A stretch of 64,000 nt of DNA from a bacterium (GTDB lineage Archaea > Thermoplasmatota > E2 > JACPAO01 > JAHFTW01), in NCBI GenBank assembly GCA_040390065.1, contig JAZJZE010000009.1:410930-474929 (forward strand). Reading direction: 5' to 3'. The position numbers and the translations under genes were made by a program. How positions within the stretch are numbered: the first letter of the stretch is position 1; each line of letters opens with the position of its first letter. The notes under the pieces are model-generated. The model was not told the origin of the DNA and ran no database searches. It saw only the letters and a list, made by a program, of their open reading frames with translations. This document shows positions 9,743-21,132 of this stretch, one piece after another.

Positions 9743-9831
9743 GTCGAACTTGCATTCGGGCTGGGGGCCCCTCCTGTCGGGCGGCGCTCCCGCTCCGCGG
9801 TGCCTCGGCAACGGGCGGCCATGCCATCCTC

Positions 9832-12345
9832 CTACTTTCGCCGCAGCATGAGGAGCATGAGGGCGAGCATGCTTGCGATGACGAGGGCTCCGGCGATCAT
9901 GAGGACGGGCATGCTGCTGGTGCTGCCGGCCGTCTTGGCTTCGACGCCATTCATGGGGCGGTGGTCTTCGCCGATGGTCTGCGGAGCGCCCGCGGCATCC
10001 ACGAGGTCGCCGTTCCAACGCGACTGGTCATCAGGGTAGGCGTCGCTGGAGTCGGGGACACCGTCGCCGTCGCGGTCCTTGTCGCAAACATCGCCGATGC
10101 CGTCGCGATCCAAGTCGACTTGATCCGCATTCGGCATGAGCCAACAATCGTCGGCGGCATTCAATTTGCCGTCGCCGTCCGCATCCGCATCGCAGACGTC
10201 ACCGAGTTTGTTGTGGTTGGCATCGAGTTGCTGCGCGTTAGGGACGAATTGGCAATTGTCGGCACCATCGAGGATACCATCGCCATCATCATCCGCATCA
10301 CACGCATCGCCGAAGGAATCCATGTCAGTGTCCTTCTGGTCTGCGTTGGGGACGGTCTTGCAGTCGTCGTTGGCATCGATGACGCCATCGCCATCCTGGT
10401 CATTCGTATCCGTCACTTCCGGCCCATACGGTTGATACTGCACGGGGCCCGCGGAACTGGGCGACGAAGAATCATCCGGCAACGGCGTTGGCGGAGGATC
10501 CGGAATGTCATACGCCTTCAACAGACCACGACCCGTCGTCTGACGAGCCACCGCGGCATCTCCCGAGGTCGACGAGGCTGCGGTGCCCGTCGGGCCCGCG
10601 CACGTTCCCGTGCAGCCGTCCGTGTAGGAGACCATGACGCGCCCCTGCTTGTCGGTGACGATGTCGTTGAAGTCGAGGAGGTTGCGGCACGTCTTGGAGC
10701 CGCCATACGGCCAGATGTCGCCGCGCTGCACGGGGTCGGTCGTGACCTTGTCCACGGTCCAGGTGCGCCCGGCGTCATACGTGAGGGCGACGTACAGGTG
10801 CCAGACGTGCGGTGAGGCGCTGCACGGATTGTCGTAATCCACCGTGGAGGAGGTGCTGCCGAGGAAGGCGAAGGCTGCGCGGTCATCGTCGCCGGCAATC
10901 ATCTCGGAGAGGGTGGCCTGCTGCACTCCGACGAGTGCGCCGACGTTGAAGTATTTCGTACCGGTGCAGGCGCCGTTGCCGACGCCGACGTCTTCCCACG
11001 TCACGCCGTTCGTCTTTGTCATCGCCACGTAGGCGCCGCCGGGCTGACCCGCCGTGCCTGCCGCTTCGCCCTGGCCGAGGTAGACCCAGCCGTTGTCAAG
11101 CGACGGCGCGACCGAGGGATCCATGTGGCCAGGGTTGAGGATGGGACCCGCCGGGAGTGGCGATGTCGTGCACGCGTTGGAGCTCGTGCTCGGCCGCTCG
11201 ACCACGGTCCAGGACAGGCCGTTGTCCTTGCTGTAGACGAAGCCGGTCTTGCACGGCAACATGCCAGGCGCGCCAAGGCAGGGGGGCGCCACGGCCGACG
11301 CGGCAGCCGCAGCCGCCGACCCGAGGCTGCAGGCCTTGCTTGGAAGGTAGACGTAACCCAAGCCGTCCTGCGGGTCGCTGCCGGATTCGCCGACGTCGTC
11401 GCCCTTGTACATGCGGCCGATGCGCAGGTGGCCGTGCAGGCCCGTGCAGTCGCCGTGGCTCGGGTCCTTGTCGCCGTCGAGCGGCGCGAACGTGATGCCG
11501 CCGTCGTAGGATTGCCAACACGCGATGGTGCCGGCCTGGGAGCAGTAGTACGTCGCCCGCGATCCAGGTGTCGCCCATTGCGGCGGCGGGAAGGCCCACG
11601 GGCCGGCGGCGATGGTCTCATGGTCGAATGCCGGGAGCGAACAGGCATCCGTGACGGGCCGCCACGCGGTCGTGTCGGGCGCCGGGGCATTGTGCATGAC
11701 GCCGTCGTTCGTGTCGGTGAACGACAGGTTGCTGCAACCCGTCAGGGGCCCGCACGGCGCGTTGGCCGGCGGAGGCAGGAGCGGGCACACCGTGGTGCTG
11801 ACGGGGGGCGGCGGCAACGGGTTGATGACGAGGCCGCCAGCAAACGTGCGCCCGCCATCGAAGTCGGTGTACATGATCGGGTCGTAGTTGGGCGGGATGC
11901 AGACCGTCGGCGGCGCAGGGCAGGCGCCCACGTTGTTGTTGAAGGGGGAGGTGCAGCGGGTGACCGTCAATGTCGGCGATACTCCAATGGACACCAGGTC
12001 GTCCCAGGCCAGGCAGTACGTGGCCGTGTAGGCCTGGTACATGGCGTCCTTGCCGTTGCCGTGCACCCAGTCGACGCCCATCGTGGGCTCGCAGCCACAT
12101 GCGCCAGTCGGACCGGCTTCGCCGACGGCCGTGTACGTCGCGATGTCGTAGTTGCTCCACATCCGGGCGCCGGACGCCCCGAACTTCGTGGAGGTGGGCG
12201 TCGCCGACGCGTCCGCAGGGCCGACGGCATGGAGTTGGGCCATGGGGATGGCCGGCAGCGCGACCAGGACCAGGACGGCCATGAGGCCGATGGCGCGCAG
12301 GCGGGGTTGCTTCGGTTGGAGGGCTCGACTGTCCACGGTGACCAC
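9832..12345 (-). CDS. Cell-surface Asp-box (sialidase-like beta-propeller) protein with TSP type-3 repeats and C-terminal TM anchor
   Basis: Signal peptide; Asp-boxes SYDGGITF, SKDNGLSW, TYDAGRTW; DxDxDG Ca-binding repeats; C-terminal hydrophobic helix followed by RRK. Confidence 0.82.
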   Translation of the reverse strand: MVTVDSRALQPKQPRLRAIGLMAVLVLVALPAIPMAQLHAVGPADASATPTSTKFGASGARMWSNYDIATYTAVGEAGPTGACGCEPTMGVDWVHGNGKDAMYQAYTATYCLAWDDLVSIGVSPTLTVTRCTSPFNNNVGACPAPPTVCIPPNYDPIMYTDFDGGRTFAGGLVINPLPPPPVSTTVCPLLPPPANAPCGPLTGCSNLSFTDTNDGVMHNAPAPDTTAWRPVTDACSLPAFDHETIAAGPWAFPPPQWATPGSRATYYCSQAGTIACWQSYDGGITFAPLDGDKDPSHGDCTGLHGHLRIGRMYKGDDVGESGSDPQDGLGYVYLPSKACSLGSAAAAAASAVAPPCLGAPGMLPCKTGFVYSKDNGLSWTVVERPSTSSNACTTSPLPAGPILNPGHMDPSVAPSLDNGWVYLGQGEAAGTAGQPGGAYVAMTKTNGVTWEDVGVGNGACTGTKYFNVGALVGVQQATLSEMIAGDDDRAAFAFLGSTSSTVDYDNPCSASPHVWHLYVALTYDAGRTWTVDKVTTDPVQRGDIWPYGGSKTCRNLLDFNDIVTDKQGRVMVSYTDGCTGTCAGPTGTAASSTSGDAAVARQTTGRGLLKAYDIPDPPPTPLPDDSSSPSSAGPVQYQPYGPEVTDTNDQDGDGVIDANDDCKTVPNADQKDTDMDSFGDACDADDDGDGILDGADNCQFVPNAQQLDANHNKLGDVCDADADGDGKLNAADDCWLMPNADQVDLDRDGIGDVCDKDRDGDGVPDSSDAYPDDQSRWNGDLVDAAGAPQTIGEDHRPMNGVEAKTAGSTSSMPVLMIAGALVIASMLALMLLMLRRK

Positions 12346-12387
12346 TGGTTCGGCGGGTGCCGACCGTGGCAGACCAACTGCAGGACA

Positions 12388-12410
12388 TTCTAAAGGAGAT
12401 TGGGTAGGTC
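12388..12410 (-). promoter_or_regulatory. Shared 23-bp upstream motif, copy 2 (GACCTACCCAATCTCCTTTAGAA)
   Basis: 21/23 identical to 9720-9742, at a similar distance upstream of the gene start. Confidence 0.65.
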
Positions 12411-12684
12411 TTGCACGTCCTGCAAAGGATTTCCTCTCCTGGGAGCTTATGAAGCGCTGCCCGCGCCGGCGGCCCAGTCGGGGATGGCGTCGGCAAGGGG
12501 GGCCAGATCGCTGCGGTCGAGGTGGCGCACGATGGCCCAACGACCATCCGGCATGCGCCATTCACCGTCGAATGCGGTCATGCCCGAAGCTCGTCCCAAA
12601 TCCTCCTTAGGCTTTCCGGCGAAGGCATGGAAGGGTCGGATTGCCGCCACAGCGAAGAAATAATGGGTGCGCTGGTCGGCCGGT

Positions 12685-13734
12685 GTGTCCCTGCGCATCG
12701 TCGTGGCCCTCGCCCTGACCCTATCCGCCCTTGCCGGCTGTTCGAGTGGCCCTTCCGCCCCGACGGACGCCCCCAACGACGGCCAGATAGTCGTCACGAA
12801 GCCGGGCGACTATTCCGCCGACCTCAACGCAACGAATGCGAACCTGCCCCACCTTCATGACTACTGGGGCGGCGCCGCGCGGCTCGTGGTGATGGACGGC
12901 TGGCCGACGAATCCCGGCCCCGGCCTTGCCAGCGGCAGGGACGTGCCGATCTACGACTACCGCGCTGACTCCGGGCACGTAATCCCTCAAGGCGCATCCC
13001 AGGTCGAAGTCACCATGACCTGGAGCGCGGCGCAGGACGACCTCTACGAAGACGCGCAACTCTGGTACAAGTCGGCGGCGGATAACCAGCCGGCGCTGGC
13101 GGCGCACATCGCAAGCGGCCAGAAAGTCATCCTGAACACCACGAACGAACGCGACGACCTGCCGCACCAGTTGCTGTCGGCGTGGCTGTTCCAGTTCCGC
13201 GCCTCCGAACGCTCGGACCTGAGCGCGCTGCGCTTCAAGGCCAACGTCACGGTCCACGTCGAGGCGGTGCGCGGCCTGCCTATCCCGCTGTACCCGGGCC
13301 ACCCGGACCGTTGGGGCGGCAACGAGACGGTGAGCCTGGTCGACGTCGACCGCAGCCTCGCCTACCTGCAGGACGTGGGCGACGCGGGCTGCGATGGCCT
13401 GTCGTGCCCGCAAGTCGAGGTGCCGCGCGACGGCACGATCGTGCCGCCAGACACGTTGTACGTCGAGGCCACGCTGACCGTCACGTACGGAAGCCCACAG
13501 ACCGTTGGGCTGAGCTACCACGGTGCCGAGGGCCGCGCGTTCCAGCACCTGCAACCGGGGACCGTGACTGGCAACACGCGCACGTACCGCATCGACGTCG
13601 GCGCCTACGGCGACGGGCCGTACGCCAAGCAGAGCCAGTGGGAGTTCCGGCCGTTCGTCGACGGCGTCGCGCCGGACACCGCAGTGGTCGAGGATTTCCA
13701 CCTCACGATCGTGGCGCACCACCACTTGGCCTAA
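12685..13734 (+). CDS. Hypothetical lipoprotein
   Basis: Lipobox LSALAGC; long ORF with typical codon usage. Confidence 0.8.
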   Translation: MSLRIVVALALTLSALAGCSSGPSAPTDAPNDGQIVVTKPGDYSADLNATNANLPHLHDYWGGAARLVVMDGWPTNPGPGLASGRDVPIYDYRADSGHVIPQGASQVEVTMTWSAAQDDLYEDAQLWYKSAADNQPALAAHIASGQKVILNTTNERDDLPHQLLSAWLFQFRASERSDLSALRFKANVTVHVEAVRGLPIPLYPGHPDRWGGNETVSLVDVDRSLAYLQDVGDAGCDGLSCPQVEVPRDGTIVPPDTLYVEATLTVTYGSPQTVGLSYHGAEGRAFQHLQPGTVTGNTRTYRIDVGAYGDGPYAKQSQWEFRPFVDGVAPDTAVVEDFHLTIVAHHHLA

Positions 13735-13742
13735 GCCCGGCC

Positions 13743-16604
<2,862 letters not shown>

Positions 16605-16738
16605 GGTTGCGCCCAAGCCTGCGTTTCGTAAAAGGCCGATGGCGTTGGCAGGGCCCGCTCCAGGAGGGGGCCGACCTTCTCTCTTTGAGGTTTTGGCGAA
16701 AGAGTATTTATGCGCGGGCTGCACAGGGCGGGACAATC

Positions 16739-17767
16739 ATGTCGTTTTCGCGTCTTGCGGCCACGGGAGTCATCGCGGCCATGGCCTGCGCTGCGGTGCT
16801 GGCTCCGGTGGCCGACGCCGGCTCGCGGCCGGTGTACCTGTTCCTGCGTGACATGAGTTTCCCCTCGAACCCGAACCTGCCCAGGTGCTCGCCGGCCCCG
16901 ACCGGTGCCGCCGTGGGCGACGGGGAATTGACGACCACCGCGCCATGCCCCCTCGACCTCGTGGGGCCGCAGAACAACAGTTCACCGCAGAGTCGCGTCG
17001 TCTTCCCCGCGGTCGAGACGGCCCACCCGACGCAGTTCGTCATGCTCAACCAGAGCCTGAACACGGGCCAGATCTTCGGCCCCGTCCTCGTCCTCCTGTA
17101 CGTGCCTGAGTCGCCCACCGTGCAGAGTGGGAACCTGACCGTGCAACTCGTGGCCTTGCCCAAGACGTACACAGTCAGCGACGTGGGACCGACCGGGGAC
17201 GTGCTGGCTGGCGCCACCATCGACCTTGCGTACCACAACACGACGCTGCCCAACCCGACCAGTCTCATCCCGCCGGATCCGACGAACGTCACGCAGGCCG
17301 AAGCCTACATCGCCGGCCAGCTCTTGGTCTACGGCCTGTCGCAAGTCGGCAAGTCGCAGTACATCCTCGTGCTCGACGACGAAGTGAAGGACCACTACGT
17401 GCAGAAGACCATTGACAAGGACGCCAAGCTGGCCCTGCGCTTCAGCCTCGTACCGAGCCCGCACCCGGCCCCGTTGCCGCTTGGCTTGCCGGTGGCGCAA
17501 GGCGCCGGTCAACCGATCCTCTACAACTTCGCGCTCATGCCGGCCCTCGTGTATGTCCCGTTCTACTCGGCCGACGCGCCGCTGCCGCAGCCGACGCCGC
17601 AGCCCAATCCGCCGCCGCCTCCCCCGCCAGGCCTGCCTCCCTGCCCGGAGTGCCAGCCTCCCGGAAGCTCGACGACGGGCGGCAGCCAGAAGTCAGGCGC
17701 TCCCGAAGCCGTCTTCGTCATGACGGTCCTCGCGGTCGCCGCCCTGAGCCTGCGCCGGCGGACCTGA
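16739..17767 (+). CDS. Secreted surface protein with Pro-rich linker and C-terminal TM/Arg tail
   Basis: Signal peptide; ends KSGAPEAVFVMTVLAVAALSLRRRT, a tripartite sorting-signal-like tail. Confidence 0.8.
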   Translation: MSFSRLAATGVIAAMACAAVLAPVADAGSRPVYLFLRDMSFPSNPNLPRCSPAPTGAAVGDGELTTTAPCPLDLVGPQNNSSPQSRVVFPAVETAHPTQFVMLNQSLNTGQIFGPVLVLLYVPESPTVQSGNLTVQLVALPKTYTVSDVGPTGDVLAGATIDLAYHNTTLPNPTSLIPPDPTNVTQAEAYIAGQLLVYGLSQVGKSQYILVLDDEVKDHYVQKTIDKDAKLALRFSLVPSPHPAPLPLGLPVAQGAGQPILYNFALMPALVYVPFYSADAPLPQPTPQPNPPPPPPPGLPPCPECQPPGSSTTGGSQKSGAPEAVFVMTVLAVAALSLRRRT

Positions 17768-17860
17768 CGCCCGCACGCCGGTAAAAGGGGTCCATGGCGG
17801 GACACGTCCCGAAGACAGGGGCCACGCACGTGCATGCCGGCTGCTTGTCAAAGGCCAGCG

Positions 17861-18191
17861 ACGGATTCGTCAAACCTCCGACGCCGACGCCTTCCACGAG
17901 GGAATCCAAGTTGGGGACTCGGAGGGCCCCGGTCAGGGCGGGCACGCCGTCGGCGCAGCCGCGGCGAAGCGAGGGCATGGCAAGCGCGCGAGGCGACGCC
18001 GTGCGCGAGGGTCGCCGGGGGGCCTGAAAGACCAGAAAGCCCGAGAGAAAAGCGGAAAGGGAACTTTCCAAGATTCGGCGACTTTTCTTTCTTTCAGGCA
18101 AAGGCGGCCGGGGAGAACAGGAGACGAACGGAGAACAGGAACCAAGTCCCCTTCTCTTACCTTGATTCCTGTTCTCACAGGCCTCCCACAC
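17861..18191 (+). repeat. Dispersed ~300-bp intergenic element, copy B
   Basis: Shares the 50-bp core, the GCGAGGGYCGCCGGGGG block and the terminal GGCCKCCCACAC with 7320-7615. Confidence 0.75.
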
Positions 18192-18270
18192 CCAGTCGGC
18201 GCAGCCAACCACACGGGCTGCGTGTCGGCCTTGCTTCGCGCGACCGATGCCGGGGACAAGCCGCCCAAGA

Positions 18271-18876
18271 TTACAGGACGCGCTCTTCGATGTCCGGCAG
18301 GCCCACGTCCAGCTTGACGCGGTGCTCCGCCTCCGCCACGACCGCGGCGTCGCTCATGGTCGCCGGATGCTTTGGCCCGAGAAGGTCGCAGAGTTCGGGG
18401 CCAACGCTCGTGTCGTGCGAACCCCATTCCTTGGCCAAGCGGATGATGTCCGTCTTGTCGAGGCCGAGGACCGGACGCAGAATCGGACGACGGGCGGCGC
18501 CTTCCAGAGTGACGAGGTTCGACATCGTCTGGCTCGAGACTTGCCCGAGGTTTTCGCCCGTCGCGATGGCGCCGGCGCCGACCTTGTCTGCGAGTTGGTC
18601 CGCGAGGCGGTACAGCAGGCGTTTCTGCAGCAGGAAATAGTAGCGGTGGGCTTCCTTGTCGTGTGGCACTCGGCCGAGGCTCTCGCCGATTTTCGCGACC
18701 CAAAGGCGCTTGAGGCCTAGTTGGCGCGCGAGGACTTCGGCCTTGCGAACGGATGCATCGTCCGTCACGGGCTCGAAAGAGCCGTGCAGCGCCTCGAGCT
18801 CGACGCCCTGGTCCACGAGCATCCGGCCCGCGACGGGGGAATCGAAGCCTCCGGATAGGAGGAGGACTGCCTTCAC
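18271..18876 (-). CDS. thiI: ThiI-like tRNA sulfurtransferase PP-loop domain (no THUMP domain)
   Basis: LLSGGFDSPVA, TGENLGQVSSQT and LRPVLGLDK. Only about 200 aa; starts directly at the PP-loop. Confidence 0.82.
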   Translation of the reverse strand: MKAVLLLSGGFDSPVAGRMLVDQGVELEALHGSFEPVTDDASVRKAEVLARQLGLKRLWVAKIGESLGRVPHDKEAHRYYFLLQKRLLYRLADQLADKVGAGAIATGENLGQVSSQTMSNLVTLEGAARRPILRPVLGLDKTDIIRLAKEWGSHDTSVGPELCDLLGPKHPATMSDAAVVAEAEHRVKLDVGLPDIEERVL

Positions 18877-18925
18877 GGTTGCTCCGACGCGATATCCGTT
18901 AAAAGGGGGTTGCCGTGGGCCAGAT

Positions 18926-19195
18926 GTGGCCCTCCTGCGCCCGTGTGCGACCTCTGCCGGTTTCACGGCGACGCCGGAGTCGCGGCGCAAGGTCGACATG
19001 GCTGGCCTGAAGCAGCGCCTCGTGGCCGGTGGCTACGCCGTCGTGGTGGACGCCAAGATCATCCTGATCGTCCGCAAAGGTGTGGAATCGTCCTGCTACG
19101 ACGACGGCAAGGTGCTTCTGAAGACGACGGACCGCGCCGCGGCGGAGAAGGCGTACGCGGAGCTGGAGCCGCACTTGGCGGCGACGTGGACCTGA
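18926..19195 (+). CDS. Small conserved-looking hypothetical protein (89 aa)
   Basis: GTG start 25 nt after TTAAAA; MALLRPC...YDDGKVLLKTTD; typical codon usage. Confidence 0.7.
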   Translation: MALLRPCATSAGFTATPESRRKVDMAGLKQRLVAGGYAVVVDAKIILIVRKGVESSCYDDGKVLLKTTDRAAAEKAYAELEPHLAATWT

Positions 19196-19366
19196 CGCAG
19201 TAGCGATTTCCCGAAAATCGTTATTGGCAGGAGGGGGACGGCCCGGCGGATTCATGTAGTTGCGCGGTGAGTCCCCGCCCGGTTCCGCCTCCTGTTGGCG
19301 GAGTCGACACCAACCAATGTCCGACGCCACCTAAGTAGGACGCCGCATTGGACCCTCCGGGCCGCC

Positions 19367-19894
19367 ATGAACGCAAGCCGACTCGCCGCAACCGCCACCA
19401 TGTTCCTTTTCGTCCTGCCGGGCGCAGTCGCGGACGGTCCGGAGACGATTCAGGACACCATCGTCGGCATCGTCAGCACCGCCGTCAACGCGCTGAACCA
19501 GACGGCGTGCACGCCGCCAGCCTCACCGCCGGGCGACGTCTGCGGCCTGACGGGCGACGCCGCAGCGACGTGGAACTGCCTCGTGGGGGTCGTGACTCAA
19601 TGGCGTGCGCGGCTGCCCGACCCACCGAGCGACCCCGCCGGCGACGTTCAAACCTGCATCCCACTGAGCGGCGTGCTCTGTATCCAATTCCGGGCGGGAG
19701 GGCCGCCGGTCCCGGGGCCTACGGGGGCCTACCCGTTTGGCGTGACGAGCGGTGGGGCCAAAGAGGGTTATCCGTTCCTGATTCACTTGCCTACACGCGG
19801 GCCGCGTGACCAAGACCCAATCATTGCGGGCATCCCCAGCGTGGGGGAATACGTCATCAGCACGACCCAAGATCTCGGGGGGACCAGATGCTAG
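19367..19894 (+). CDS. Secreted Cys-containing hypothetical protein
   Basis: Signal peptide MNASRLAATATMFLFVLPGAVA; stop overlaps the next start. Confidence 0.65.
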   Translation: MNASRLAATATMFLFVLPGAVADGPETIQDTIVGIVSTAVNALNQTACTPPASPPGDVCGLTGDAAATWNCLVGVVTQWRARLPDPPSDPAGDVQTCIPLSGVLCIQFRAGGPPVPGPTGAYPFGVTSGGAKEGYPFLIHLPTRGPRDQDPIIAGIPSVGEYVISTTQDLGGTRC

Positions 19895-20778
19895 CGCAAG
19901 AGTCCCGGTTCCGCCTCCCCACCGTCCTGTTAATGGCCGTTTGTCTCTCGGCTTGTGTTGGACCGTCCGGGCGGCCGTCCGACGAGCACGTGGGCGACAA
20001 TGGCCCAATCGTGGAAGGCACGCAACCGGCCGACAGTCCGCCCGCGCCGCCGACGGAATTCAAACCGATGGATCTTCAGTTTACGACGTGGAACGCCTGC
20101 AAGATGCTCGTAACCTCGGTCGGTTGGGAGGGTTACACGAGTCCGGCCCATCCGATTGCCAGTTGGGGCGGGACTGACGGGACTGGAAGCGAGCTGGGAA
20201 TAAACTTCTTCGAGTGCCAACGCATGAGCTGGGGTCCCCTCGAAAGGCCCGTCCGTTTTATTCTGGAGGGTCATACCAACCAGACCATTCCGCAAGGATG
20301 CCGCCTGGGTGACTGGTTTTGGTTTGCAAGCCTCAACGCCATCTATGTCGACGACCCGCAGGTCGTGGCATTCATGCAGACGAACCTGAGCATGCCCGCC
20401 CATTACGCCGCTATCTCGGCGTCGTACGGCGACACGGTCCACCTGCTTTGGCAGCCCGACGGCGGCGAACAATCAGAGGTCAGCATCAGCCGGTTGCAAG
20501 TGCAGAACACGACACAGGACGTGAAGCACCGTTTTGCCTGGGCCAAGGACGGCCGCGTCACGCTCCTCGACTGGCACGAATCTAGCGCCCTCGCCTGGCC
20601 CCTGCACACGCCTGCAACCGGCCACATGCGTCCCCCCATGTTGAACGCCAAACTCGGCGACCCCTACATTGGAAACCGCGGCGGCTTCGACGGCTTCACC
20701 GACGACACCGAAGTCGAAGGCCACATGTACCGCTTCAACGACGACCAATGCAAGGAACCGCTTGACCCTTATCCCTAG
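19888..20778 (+). CDS. Hypothetical lipoprotein
   Basis: Lipobox VCLSAC; overlaps the upstream stop by 7 nt. Confidence 0.75.
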   Translation: MLAQESRFRLPTVLLMAVCLSACVGPSGRPSDEHVGDNGPIVEGTQPADSPPAPPTEFKPMDLQFTTWNACKMLVTSVGWEGYTSPAHPIASWGGTDGTGSELGINFFECQRMSWGPLERPVRFILEGHTNQTIPQGCRLGDWFWFASLNAIYVDDPQVVAFMQTNLSMPAHYAAISASYGDTVHLLWQPDGGEQSEVSISRLQVQNTTQDVKHRFAWAKDGRVTLLDWHESSALAWPLHTPATGHMRPPMLNAKLGDPYIGNRGGFDGFTDDTEVEGHMYRFNDDQCKEPLDPYP

Positions 20779-20840
20779 GCAGGAGTCCGCGGGACATTCT
20801 TGGCGCTCTGTTCTAATGGGCGGTCGGCGAAGGGTTTGGC

Positions 20841-21128
20841 ATGGCAATCCCTTGGGGCCTGGTGACGTTCCTCATCGGCCTACTCTATGGACTGTTGAAG
20901 CCTGGATGGCAGAACAAAGGTGCGATGTTCCGCGAAGGCCTGTTCATCGGCATCGTGGTCGCCGTCGTCGTGGCGCTCATCGGCGCCGCCACGGGTTACC
21001 CGGCGCTTGGCCTCGTCGACGCCGTAGGCATCATCATCACGGCACTGATCTTGTCGCTTCTGTTCATCGTGGGCGTGTGGCTCGGCGACCTGCTGACCAG
21101 CGGACGGCACCAGACGCGCTATAACTAG
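20841..21128 (+). CDS. Small integral membrane protein (about 3 TM)
   Basis: Strongly hydrophobic 95-aa ORF with an ATG start. Confidence 0.8.
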   Translation: MAIPWGLVTFLIGLLYGLLKPGWQNKGAMFREGLFIGIVVAVVVALIGAATGYPALGLVDAVGIIITALILSLLFIVGVWLGDLLTSGRHQTRYN

Positions 21129-21132
21129 GCCT

